This document shows, piece after piece, positions 45,791 to 58,159 of a DNA stretch of 64,000 nt. The stretch is from Eledone cirrhosa. Taxonomy: Eukaryota. Position numbers and translations under genes: made by a program. The notes below the pieces were generated by a model. It saw only the letters and a program-made list of their open reading frames with translations. It was not told the DNA's origin and made no database searches. Position 1 is the stretch's first letter. Each line of letters starts with the position of its first letter. The stretch lies in the NCBI GenBank assembly GCA_964016885.1, contig OZ024748.1:29946001-30010000 (forward strand), written 5' to 3'.

Positions 45791-46581
45791 ATATATATAT
45801 ATTAGCAAAACATACTCGAGGATGCGTGTTTCACCAATCGGATTTTCAAACCGAGTGAGGTTGTTCTGAGAACGGAAGTGTGAGATGGACGACGATAAGG
45901 GAGATAACTGAAGTTATACTGATGCTGTGGAGTCCATTTTCGTTTGAGTTAATTCTTCTGAGTAAGATTTATCCTGGGTCTTTGTAGTTTTATAACATGT
46001 ACTTCACAGTGTAAGGGCAGCGATTAAAAACAATTGGCTTTTGTGTTAAGATAAGTACTATTACGTAATCTCTGCAAGATATTCACTCTTTCATCGATAC
46101 GCAGCCTACAGGACAACTTTATCTTTTACTCTTTCTTTTTCTCTTTCTCTTTTTTTCCTTTTCTCTCTTTGTCTCTCACTCTTTCTCTCTTTGTCTCACT
46201 CTCTCTCTCTCTCTCTTTGTCTCACTTTCTCTCTCTCTATCTCTCACTCTCTCTCTCTCTCTCTCTATCTCTCTCGCTCTCTCTTCCCCCTTCATATTCC
46301 CCCTCACTTTCGGTTTTGCAACCTAACCTGTCTGCTTCAATAATTCTGAAATATAAGCCACAAAGAAAAGGTGAATCGAAGGCATCACCTCCACCACCAC
46401 CACCATCATTATCATCATCACAACTATCATGACCACCATCTCAATCACCACCACCAATAATAACTATATACTGCCCCCTCACTCATCTTCTCCATTACTT
46501 TTCAGTCATATTTGTTACTGGAACCTTCTGACTTTTGGCTCTTGATTCTATCTTTTGTGTGTGTGTGTGTATATATATATA

Positions 46582-48925
46582 TATTGAAAGAGTGAAGAAT
46601 AACATGGTCAACAGTACAAAAAAGGGGTTTTATTTACAGTATTAACAATGTTTCACTGATTAAGTTGTCTAAAAATTGCTGAACACTTGAAGCTGTGCCA
46701 CTCAATTTTAAATATAATGCTAGCTTAACCAGATCATCAGAAAGGACTGTTAAAATTATGCTCAGCGTTTACGAATTCAAAAAACATCATTAATAAAGAA
46801 AGAGAGAAAAGAGAGAAAAAAAGAAAAAGATATAGAGAAAAAGAAAGAGAAAGAAGAAAAAGAATAAAAATAAAAATAGAGAGAAAAAATAATAATAAAC
46901 ATAATAATAAATGAATAAATGTTAATAAATCTAGAGATTTTTAACGAACACGCTAACTACTACAACATAGCTTTACTTAAGGCAGGCCATAAAGAGAGGC
47001 TCAAATACATACCAGATACAAACAATAACAATACACTTAACAGCAATAACACTATCCACACCTATAGAAACAACAAATCTAGGACAACATAGAAATTGGC
47101 AACCAGAAATAATTGAACAGAATACTAATATAAAGACCACTAGAAACTATAGTATATGCAGAGATAGAAAATACTTATGGTTCAATCCAATATTTAACTC
47201 CTCTATAAAAACCAAACTACCTTCTACTTTCTTTAAATTAATTGATAAGCACTTCCCTAAACTTCACAAATACCATAAAATCTTTAATAGAAATACTATC
47301 AAACTATCTTACTCTGCTGCCACCAACATAGAATCGCACATACATAAAATTAACTATAAAAGAATCTCTAATACAAATAGCCTGCAAACAAACACCATAA
47401 CACCAAATATAAAACACAAACACATAACATCACAACCAAACACATGTCAGAACACATCACAACAATACATCAACAAACCCAATTCTCAGCCCAGACATAC
47501 AAGACTGTATCGCGCGACCGGTACATAGGAAAGCATCAAAATGTAACTGTCATTTACCTGATAAATGCCCACTACAAAATAGATGAATGGAGTCAAATAT
47601 AGTATACCTATGTACTATAAATTCAGGCAACTTAGCATGGCACTACATAGGTTCGACGGCGGGGGAATTCAAGAAAAGGTGGTATGTCCACAGACACTCT
47701 ATAAATAACCGTAAACTTATGAACACAACGATGCTCGCCAATAAAATCTGGCAGCTCAAAGATACAAAGCAGGAATACAGAATTAGTTGGGTGAAGTTGT
47801 TAACGGCAATGGCCTATAGAATTGGCATGTCCCATTGTAGACTTTGCAATATGGAATTATTCCATATTTTAAAATATAACAGAATGCTGCTTAACAGCAA
47901 AATTGAACGAACAATTTTGTGTAGAGATAAAACGGCAAGCAAATTCGATAATTTCAGACCAACTTAATTCATCCCATCTATTCCATAATTCAAATTGTAC
48001 CACCTGAATCTATTATAATTACCTGGATTGGCAGTATCGGTAGAGGGTCGGACGCCATGCTTTCCAGCATAGTTACGTCCCTTTACGATCTGAGTTCAAA
48101 TCCCACCGAGGTTGACTTTGCCTTTCATCCTTACGGGGTCGATAAAATAAAGTACCAGTAATGCACTGGGTAATTGCTGGCCTTGTGCCTAAAGTAGAAA
48201 TAATAATAATTATTATTATTATTGTCATCAACTGTCAATGAACCAACATCATAACCTTTTATATTTTATATTTCATTTTCTATCTTTCTATTTCTTTCCC
48301 TAAATTTATTTCATCTCTTACATTATATCTTATCGTATTATTTTCACTTCTAATATAACTTACAATTAATTAATTAAATAATTAATTAATTTTCATGTTT
48401 ATACCATCATATCTCTATATTTTAACCATCAACACAACTACTCTCAATAATCATAGTTTACTTTTCTTCGCACACATATAAAAAAATTTTTTTATTTATT
48501 TTTTATCATCCTCGTTATAACTTATTTATTAACATTTATTCATTTATTATTATCTTTATTATTTTTTCTCTCTATTTTTATTTTTCTTCTTTTTCTTTAT
48601 CTGTTATCTTTTTTCTTCATCCTTTTCTCTATATCTTTTTCTTTTTTTTCTTTTTTCTCTCTTTTTTCTCTCTTTTTTTCTCTTTTTTTCTCTTTTTTCT
48701 CTCTCTTTATTAATGATGTTGTAATTTGAATTTGTAAATGCTGAGCATATTTTTGACAGTCCTTTCTGATGATCTGGTTAAGCTAGCATTGTATTTAAAA
48801 TTGAGTGGCACAGCTTCAAGTGTTCAGCAATTTTTAGACAACTTAATCAGTGAAATAATTGTTAATACTGTAAATAAAATCCCTTTTTTGTACTGCTGAC
48901 CATGTTATTCTTCACTTTTTCAATA
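46582..48925 (+). mobile_element. 5'-truncated Penelope-like element with C-terminal GIY-YIG endonuclease and inverted pseudo-LTR
   Basis: Translated pieces FNEHANYYNIALLKAGH, WFNPIFN..FFKLIDKHFP..HKIFNRNTIKLSYS, linker CNC..CPL, and IVY..YIG..FKKRW..H..CRLC..E..LLN (47587-47967). Terminal inverted arms 46582-46930 and 48524-48925. Frameshifts are present. Confidence 0.9.
46636..46750 (-). ncRNA. Hammerhead motif with extended stem II in the PLE pseudo-LTR (mirror copy 48756-48871, + strand)
   Basis: ACAGTCCTTT CTGATGA T CTGGTTAAG [long loop] CTTAATCAG T GAAA CATTG TT AATACTGT. Confidence 0.7.
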
Positions 48926-49513
48926 TTATTGGTGAATTGGCAGTATCGGTAGAGGGTTGGACGCCATGCTTTCTAGCATAGTTACGTCCCTTTACAGTCT
49001 GAGTTCAAATCCCGCCGAGGTTAACTTTGCCTTTCATCCTTACGGGGTCAATAAAATAAAGTACCAGTAATGTACTGGGTAATTGCTGGCCTTGTGCCTA
49101 AAGTAGAAACAATTATTACTCCAAGATAAACTTACATAGGAATTCAAGAGAACTCACAAACTCGCCACCTATAGAAATCTCTTGAGTCAAACAACGCCGT
49201 ACGCTAAAGCTATCTACAATACGGAGTATTCACAACCTCTAACTAGAATACCTATAACGATATTTTGTTATCCCTTATATATATATAAGGTATATTTGTA
49301 ATCGGCTTCTGTTATTTCAGTTGAACCAGGGCGGTGGATTGGCAGTATCGGTAGAGGGTCGGACACCATGCTTTCCAGCATAGTTACGTCCCTTTACAAT
49401 CTGAGTTCAAATCCCGCCAAGGTTGACTTTGCCTTTCATCCTTACGAGGTCGATAAAATAAATTACCAGTAATGCACTGGGTAATTGCTGGCCTTGTGCC
49501 TAAAGTAGAAACA
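48023..49513 (+). mobile_element. Three SINE A copies (48023-48205 in the PLE 3' UTR; 48929-49116; 49329-49513)
   Basis: Conserved SINE motifs; the last copy has a 14-bp TSD GTTATTTCAGTTGA (49311-49324 and 49514-49527). Confidence 0.9.
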
Positions 49514-49978
49514 GTTATTTCAGTTGATGAATCTCAGTAAACATCATCATCATCATTGTCATTTTAATGTCTGCTTTCCCTATTCAGTCATCAAATTTGA
49601 GTTAGATACAGTAATGCTGTATTCGATTCTTTGAAGTTACTTGTTATAATTCCATTCAACAACACTGCCAGCTCTCTCTTCCATTTTCCTTTCTCTCCAT
49701 GCCTCTCTTTCAATCTACTCTCTCACAGCCACTATCTTTTTATCTCTATCTTTTTATCTCTCTATTTATGAAAGTACCCGCAAAAACCCTATATCTCGGG
49801 AACCCGTGCTCGGATTTATGCGAAACTTCTTTTATTTCCATTTGTATTCCTATTTCAGGGGCAGCTTCCTTTCCAACTATTTTCCCATTATGCACCGTTT
49901 GGGTTGTATTAAATTACAGACAAGCACACAATCAGAGTTTTAGTAGTATATAGAAAATGTGTGTGTGTGTGTGTGTGT

Positions 49979-50018
<40 letters not shown>

Positions 50019-50195
50019 TTGGAATATGGGGTTGTGTGTACGTATCAACCCCACACATGTAGTGTAATACATGGTTAATTAAACATGTAGTGTAGTGTAA
50101 TATATGGTTAGTTAAACATGTAGCGTAGTGTAATATATGGTTAGTTAAACGTAGTGTAATATATGGTTAGTAAAGAGTTTGTTGTTTATTTTCAG

Positions 50196-50294
50196 AAAAC
50201 TTGTGACCCGCAGAAGTTGACCCTAAGTCAGATGTTTGACATGGCTGGCACAGGTTATGATGGACCTCACCTTCAATGTGTTGACGACAATGAT
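50196..50294 (+). CDS. RASGEF1: Probable exon of a RasGEF1-family gene (N-terminal)
   Basis: Acceptor TTTATTTTCAG and donor GTAAGT; 99 bp open in phase 0 (KTCDPQKLTLSQMFDMAGTGYDGPHLQCVDDND). MFD..GY resembles the vertebrate RASGEF1B N-terminus, and the phase matches exon 63557. Confidence 0.7.
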
Positions 50295-50487
50295 GTAAGT
50301 AATTCTGTTTTTGTTTTCAACATATGTATATAGTGGTGCCTCAATATACATAACTTTGATAACTTTGGCCAGTATTGACCCAGGCCATGTCTAACTTAAT
50401 AGCACCACTTGGCGATATATTTATTATATTATATATATTTATTTATTCATTTATTTATCATGTATCATATATATATCATATGCACAG

Positions 50488-52560
50488 CATTATTCTGGAA
50501 GAAGTTTAGATTCATGTTCATTCACAAATGCAGCCAACTCTGTGATGTCATAATTTGTCTCTCTTTTTATGTCTCTCGAAGTTAAATCTCTAATTTGACG
50601 GTTTGCTTTTGGCAGTCCGGAACCAGACTCTTGCAAATTTTTGCCTTCCATGGCCAAAACTTGATCCTCAATTTTAATCAATTCTTGATTGAAAATTTCT
50701 TCAGAGAACTGAATATTGATATCTGGGTTTGCCTATTGAACTGCATATTTTAAGTCCTCAGTCATGTCCTCACGATGTTTCATCCAAAGCTGTATAGGAC
50801 TGCCAAGTTGACGCATACTCAGCATAATTGCAAAAAGGTTACAGAGTTTGCTTGGAGAATCTGACACTGATGCTTCAGTCAATGCAAGGTCCCAATGCTC
50901 ATCATTTTCTAACAAACCTTTTTGATAGCATGCTGCCCTATAAGTTTCACACACATGACCATTTACCCTCCTCAAATCTTGGAATGATTTGGGACCACAT
51001 ACTTCATGCAAAAAGAACCGTAAGTTCTGCTTGGCTTGGGTGGACACTGTAAACTCTTGCAAGAGCATTGGCCCTATGTTTCCTTTTGTACCATTTATTG
51101 TTTCTCCAGGTGTAATACTTGGGTAATTCTGGGTAAAGGAGTTTTCTTGGATCTTCATCTTGACATAACATAAAAAAGGCAGTAATTGTAGTTTCTTTTG
51201 GAGAACATGCTTGTTGCAAGGCTGTTGTTTTGTAAAGATAACCCTTTGGCCATTCTCTAGAGGAATGATGGCTGTGTACCTCTCTTGATTGGGAAAATTG
51301 AAGATGCACCAAAAAGCCTCATTCCTACTGATGTATCTTCTTCTCTCTCATACTGTGCAACTTCATCATTTTTATTTATCTGCTGATTGCCATTCTGCAT
51401 AAGAGTGTATATTGCAGCATCTAAACCTTTGTTTATATATTTGCAAACATACTTAACAGACTTAACAGAGTTGCAGAATTCAATGTTGATATGGGCTTTG
51501 AAAGTGTATGTAAGAAGAAGACAGGATGGTGCAACCCACCGATTTTCAAGGATGAATTCTTTCCCATTTCTCATTTTTTTTTTTTTCGAAGTATATCCAC
51601 CCTGCTCAGGTTTTTTCTTCTTCTGTAAAGCGGGTAGCCATCCTCCAGTTTGGGTTTCTTGTACAGGGGGACTAGGTAGTTGTTGGTACACTTATCTCTC
51701 ATGCATAGGGAGGATGGATTAATTGAACCACCAGGCCCATGAATCATCTGGGACTTGACAATTTCATGCAACAAAGGATCTTGCTGTGGATCAGGCAATT
51801 CAGCTGAGATAAATAAATCAATATCATTTGGTTCTTCATGTGACCAAATCAAAATGTAGGCATGTGGTAATCCTCGTTTTTGCCATTCAATTGTGTACAT
51901 GTCACATTTGACTGGTCCAAAGACTTCACCCTTTTTTTAGGAGATCCATCAGCTTTATGACTTTAAGTCTGAACACCCTAGCAATAATATCAGGTGATAA
52001 AGCTCACTCTTTATTTCATGCTATGTTGGGTTACATGTGAATGTGTGAAGAGGTCTGGACGACCATAATATCTGACATATGTAAGTGCATCTTGGGTACA
52101 CTTATGCATATACCGTAGACTTCCTGTAAAGTTTGATGGAAGAATGGCACAAAGTTTTCCAATTATATCAGCAGCCAATGCTCCTTCATTACTGATTGCA
52201 TCTCTCAGGTGAATCTGATGCACGGAGATCTTTCTGATGTGTTCTAATGTAAAGAAGCCTTTCTTCTTCAATTTTTGTATACATATCAACTGCAAATTGT
52301 TGGAAGTGCTCACGTGAACGTTAAAGAATATTGAAGTCTTGCTCTCTTAACATGAAAAGGTAAGCATATAATTCAACGCAGCTTACTGTTTTTGACAGTG
52401 CAGGAGCTCTTGTTTTAAGATCTGTTGTTTTTTTTTAATACCAAAGTGATATCCATCTTCGCCAAATACACAGATTAATGGATACTGGAGTGCATCATAT
52501 GATCAGTGAGTTGCATTTATGCACTGCAACTTATTTCCTCTTCCTTCAATAACAGATTGG
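50488..52560 (-). mobile_element. Helitron Rep/helicase pseudogene fragment
   Basis: YVRYYGRPDLF, YTIEWQKRGLPHAYIL, SAELPD..MIHGP, AHINIEFCNSVKSVKYVCKYINKG, GPKSFQDLRRVNG..TYRAAC..GLLEND; many frameshifts. Confidence 0.92.
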
Positions 52561-54032
52561 GCTCAGTGCATTTTATTGTGGTACCAGCACTTCCGCCTTA
52601 CAAAGTGAGTTGACTGCTTTTATTGTGGTACCAGCACTACATCATCACAACACTTGGGTGCTTTATACTTATTAGGTCCCAGGAGGGGACACAGATCTCT
52701 CTGTATGATAAACATCAGCTGTACAAATCAAGTGTTATCGCTACTGTAGGGTGTAGTATGAGGGCTATTTTGATGCTGTTTCTAGCCGGTTGAATGATTC
52801 CTTCCCTTCATATTATCTTACCTTCTCATCTGAGTATATATCAATGTTATAAAACTATCAACTGTTCTTCTGTAGGGAGTAATATGAGGGCTATTTTGAC
52901 TGGTATTTCTAGCTGGTTTAACAACTCCCTTCCTCCCACCTGTATATATTCTATATATCCCAATAGATTATTACCTATGCTATCTCTACTGTAAAGGTAT
53001 GCAGTGTAATTAACTGTGAAAATGGTTTCCTCACAGAACTCGAGAGAATTTCAATAAAAACTTAGATATAGAATACACTTTAATAACATTCCATTGTAGT
53101 GAGTCACCTAGCTATGTGTGTGTGTATATATATATATCAGTGCATGTATTTCACATCCCTACATACATACACTTATCAATACATACAAATATACAGGTAC
53201 ACTATATGTATATATAGACAATATATATATATATATATATACATGCACACGCACACACAAACACACACATATATATATATATATATGTTTATATAATTCA
53301 TAATTATGTCTTTAAATATCTATAGACAAGAATCATATTTTCTGTATACATGGGCTGCAAGTTATATTTGATTGAAGAGAACTAAGATCAAAGGCATTCC
53401 AATCATGAACATCATGATGGTTGGTGATGGTGGTGGTGTTTGTTGTGGTGATGGTAGTGGTGTTTGTTGTGGTGATGGTGGTGGTGTTTGTTGGGGTAAT
53501 GGCGGGGGTGGTGTTTGTTGGGGTGATGGTGGTGATAGTGATGGTGTTTGTTGTGGTAATGGTGGTGGTGGTGTTTGTTGTGGTGATGGTGGTGGTCCTT
53601 GTGATAGTAGTAGTGATAGTTGGAGGATGGTGCTGGGGAGTGTGATGTGGTGAAGTGGTGGTGCAGATAGGAATTCAGATAGATTTGAATTAGTTAAGGA
53701 CTAATTAGGTTAACAACGAATTAAGAAAACACCAATACTCAGATCCTGGAAGATACAGGAGCCTCAAAATATATCTGTGTTTTGATTGGGTAATTTCACT
53801 GGTGGTTGTCATGGTTGTTATCTTGGTGGTTGTAGTAGTGGAGAGGATACACCTGCACACACACATCCAAGTATATATATATACATACATATATATGTGT
53901 ATATATATATATCATCATCATCATCTTCGTTTAACGTCCACTTTCCATGCTAACATATATATATATATTATTAGAAAGTGAGGTTTTTTTTACAAAATGA
54001 AAAATAACCAAGGTGTCCTACATGAGTGAAAG

Positions 54033-54336
54033 TATAAGGAAAAAGATGAAATCAAAAATGCAACAGGAGTCTTTTTTTTTTTTTTTTTTTTTAAATATAT
54101 ATTTATTTGGTTCCTTTACTGGTTTCGAAGTTCTTCAGCTTTTCAAAAGTAGTTGAGATGGAGGGTCTGTGGTTTTTCTCACATCTGATGTGAGAAAAAC
54201 CACAGACCCTCCATCTCAACTCTACTTTTGAAAAGCTGAAGAACTGCGAAACCGGTAAAGGAACCAAATAAATATATATTAAAAAAAAAAAAAAAAAAAA
54301 GACTCCTGCTGCATTTTTGATTTCATCTTTTTTACT

Positions 54337-54340
<4 letters not shown>
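54033..54340. repeat. Palindrome of about 300 bp with a 1-nt centre (54186), carrying a hammerhead-like 3' half
   Basis: The arms are reverse complements; CTGAAGA ACTGC GAAACCGGTA at 54236-54257 is followed by AATAAA. Confidence 0.88.
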
Positions 54341-54368
<28 letters not shown>

Positions 54369-54380
54369 GGGGGGGGGGGG

Positions 54381-55099
54381 TATAAAGACGAAGTTTTCTG
54401 TATGTGCGTGTGGACAATTTTTAATGAGGGCTCATATATTCTAAACCATTCATGTGATTTCTTTGAAACTTTTTACAGAGCTTCTCCTTGCACAAAACCT
54501 GTACATGATCTACAAAGGCTTTCAAAAATCGATATTGGGGCCTTTGGTGACATTAAAAAAGTTTCGGTTATTTGTTGTGAATTTTTGTGATTAAGTAATT
54601 ATCTTTCGTAATTCTGCTCATTTGGATTTTAATTTACTCTTTGTACTTGAAACAAAAGGTACACTTCCTTGAGACTAGCAATATCATTTTGTATATTTCA
54701 CAACCAGCAATTTCTAACAGATTACTAAGTTAAGTTATAGATTTGGCATTGTATAATTTATCGTTTCAAGCTTGATGTTCATACATTAAGTGATGCCATA
54801 ACTTTTACAATATTATGCTTTGTACATAATAGTGTCTATTATTCACTTCACTTCTCTATTTCATGATGTGCTTTTACTGTTGTCAAAACAATTTATACCT
54901 AGACTGAGTTTCTGTTGTTACATGGTATAACGGATGACACCGAGCTCACATATTAATTATTTCGCTAGAATAGTGCCTAAGGTTTTCATGTTTACATAAA
55001 GTACGTTTTTCTTCTATCTATTCAAATTTACTTTGTTTAGTTTAATGAGCTACATCGAAAGCTACTTGAACTGTCCAAAGGACGGGTAGTTTAGCTAGT
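54381..55099 (+). mobile_element. Probable non-autonomous Helitron-like element
   Basis: 5' TATAAAGACGAAGTTTTCTGTATGTG and 3' ..GGACGGGTAGTTTAGCTAGT end. Other Helitron/Helentron-like ends near 36380-36528 and 49770-49933. Confidence 0.45.
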
Positions 55100-55109
55100 A
55101 TATATATAT

Positions 55110-56243
55110 ATATAGTTATAATAATAAATTTGAAGACTAAAATCCAAAGAGGGCTCGATAAGGATAAATATATATCAAATATATAAGAACCGTAGAGCAA
55201 ATATTTATTAAAATAACAGATTAAAGTTTAAGCAAAGAATCGCTGCTTTCACCCTTAACGGGATCTTCTGAAACTGAGTTTCAGAAGATCCTGTTAAGGG
55301 TGAAAGCAGCGATTCTTTGCTTAAATATATATATATGTGAAAAATATGGGGAGAAGAATACTGCATGGTTGCACATGGATAACATGTTATAAAATGAGTC
55401 CCTCATCAGTGATTTGCCAATGATCATTGGTATTTCATTGCATTAAAAATCATATACCTCACGTTGGTGCAATAATAACTAAAATAAGTTATTAGGACAA
55501 TTGAAACGCGTAAAGCGAGTGAGACAAGTAAACAACACAGGGGAAAGCTAACCGAAGATCGAAAGAAACACAAGCAACATGGTTATTCTATCAGCATAAG
55601 CTGTGTGAATATATGAGCGAGTAAGAAATAGACCTTATGCTAGTGAATCCGATGTAAGAAAGAAGGAAAATCGTTTTCGTAGCGAATGGGAGGAAGTGAG
55701 AAGGGGAGAAACAGTGAGTGAGTGAGTGGAAGTGCGAGGAAGAGGTCAGTAGAGAGAAAGTGTTAACTGACATGACAGAGGGGACGAAAGAAAGTAAGAG
55801 AAACAGAGAGAATGAGGGAGCAGTAAGAGAGAAAGAGAGAAACACAAAAACATAAATTGCACAAAACTTTCCTGTATTACAGCCCCACATTATACCCTAA
55901 CGGATAGTACGATCTATACGTGGATATTTTACGTCTTGATGTGGTAGCTTAGTATATGTTTTGTTTATACCATTACTTATTTGCATAGGGAACGTTCCCA
56001 CGAACCAAAGTATCGTCTTCCTGTCTTCCTCCGGTTGCAACGTTTTTTGAAATATCCACTTCTGCATTTACAGATTGACTTTGTTAGTTTCAGAAGATCC
56101 CGTTAAGGGTGAAAGCAGCGATTCTTTGCTTAAACTTTAATCTGTTATTTTAATAAATATTTGCTCTACGGTTCTTATATATTTGATATATATTAATCCT
56201 TATCGAGCCCTCTTTGGATTTTAGTCTTCAAATTTATTATTAT

Positions 56244-56250
<7 letters not shown>
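55110..56250. mobile_element. PLE-type inverted terminal repeats (55110-55275 and 56086-56250) with three copies of a variant hammerhead
   Basis: AGTTT CAGAAGA T CCC GTTAA GGG T GAAA GCA GCGATTCTT TGC TT AAACT at 55225-55275 (-), 55277-55325 (+, one stem II change) and 56086-56136 (+). Confidence 0.75.
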
Positions 56251-56288
<38 letters not shown>

Positions 56289-56387
56289 TATTTATATATA
56301 TATATATATATATAAATATATTTATATATATATATATATATATATAAATATATTTATATATATATAAATATATTTATATATATATAT

Positions 56388-56434
<47 letters not shown>

Positions 56435-56466
56435 TATTTATATATATATATATATATATATAAATA

Positions 56467-56556
<90 letters not shown>

Positions 56557-56557
56557 T

Positions 56558-56660
56558 ATTTTCTGAAAAATTGGACTGTGAACAACAATTATAATTGAGT
56601 GGCTGCTATTTGCAGTATAGCAATATAAGGTTGCACTTACCAATGAAACGGTCGTAAATA
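56558..56660 (+). ncRNA. Degenerate hammerhead with long stem II loop (PLE 3'-end remnant)
   Basis: TT CTGAAAA ATTGG...CCAAT GAAA CGGTCG TA AATA; G8 changed to A; shares AATTGAGTGGC with the loop at 48800. Confidence 0.5.
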
Positions 56661-56811
56661 CCTGGATAAAATCCTTCTCTTAATGCTTACCTGTGTTTTC
56701 TCTTTTATATATATATATATATATATATACATATTTATATATGTATATATACATACATCATCATAATTTTACGTCTGCTTTTCCCTGCTTGCAAGGGTGG
56801 GACATATATAT

Positions 56812-57320
56812 ATGTCAACTCTGGATGTCGGTGAGCATGTCCAGCTAACCTCAGTCTCCTGTGTGCTATTTTCAGGCTGACTTTTGGGAGGTTCGCATAC
56901 AGCTCTGAGTTTTTCATCCTCAGTGTATACTGATTAATGTTCAGAGCCATCCTCAGCATTCTTGTATAGCACCCATACACCGAGTGAGTTTCTTGGTCAG
57001 TGTCCAAGTCTCAGACCCATACAGCAGCACAGACTCCACCACAGCAACGAAGTGACGGATCTTCAGGTCTACACAAATATCTGACTTCCACACCTATCTC
57101 AAACTGTGGCATGCCGCCCAGGCTTTGCTCTTCCTCTCAGTGCTTCTGTGGGAGCCCCTGCATGGACACACTAGAAGAGGGAGACCAAGGTTGACATATG
57201 TTGATGCCCTAAGGATGGACACTGGTCTCTCTGAGACGCAGGACATGGCAGCGATGATGAGGGACACAGACCGTTGGAGAGAACTCGTCCATGGATCTCG
57301 GGAATTTTACCCACCCTAGG
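56812..57320 (+). mobile_element. RTEX-like LINE with 5' inversion (56812-57135 on -, 57136-57320 on +)
   Basis: The minus piece ends ..HAHRHPELT at its left edge; the plus piece starts SVLLWEPLHGHT and runs to EFYPP*. Confidence 0.82.
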
Positions 57321-58159
57321 TAGATATATGTATGTGTATAAATATATATATGTATACATGTGTGTGTATGTGTGTGTGAGTATATGTGTGTGTATGTATA
57401 TGTGTGTGTATGTATGTGTATATATGTCTGTATATATATATGTATATATGTTAAATTATATATTTCTATTCTAAAAATAGTTTTCATTTCAGTAGTTTTA
57501 AATTGTGAATATGAATCATCATGAATCGGAAGAAATCTTTGATAAAATTAATCTTATGTGATTAATACAAGTTGTGGTGGCGTTGTTGTGGTTATCTCAT
57601 TATGTTTTAATTTGTTGATTAAAAGAAGGATAGGAACCACAGCTGGCCACACATTACTACTAGGATTTTATGTACTTGTAGACTGAAGTTTCATAGTTTC
57701 TTCTCTTTACAACCCTTTGTGTCCAATAGGAACACTAATTTTGAAGCCGCAGGGCTTAGTGGTTAGAGAAAGGGATTCACATTCATGAGGTTGCAACTTC
57801 GATTCCCAGACCAGGTGATGTGTTAAGCACTTTATTTCCTGTTGCTTTTTCCTGCCAGGAGTTGTGACCGATAGCTAGCATGAGCAATTGGAAAAACCAA
57901 TAATTGGTAGCTTTTATTGGTCACTAAATCATCAAATATTCTCTCTCTCTCTCAAGCTAGCATGTGTCTGCTGGATGGGGTTCTTTGGGGCAGTGTTTTA
58001 GGGCCAGATGCCCTTCCTAATACCAACTCTTTTAGCAACATATTACAAAACAGTAATACCATACAATTCTTCTAAAAAGCATGATATGCACGATAGGTAT
58101 GCATATGTGTGTGTTTTTGACTATATAAATGCAAACAATTTTATATAGATATATATATT

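Noticed and set aside
45900-46110. Possible second GIY-YIG C-terminal fragment on the minus strand (EVHVIKLQRPRIN)
   Set aside because: Too short and degenerate to support without a profile search.
54236-54262. Complete hammerhead at CTGAAGA..GAAACCGGTA
   Set aside because: Stem I does not pair and stem II is almost absent; kept only as a partial motif.
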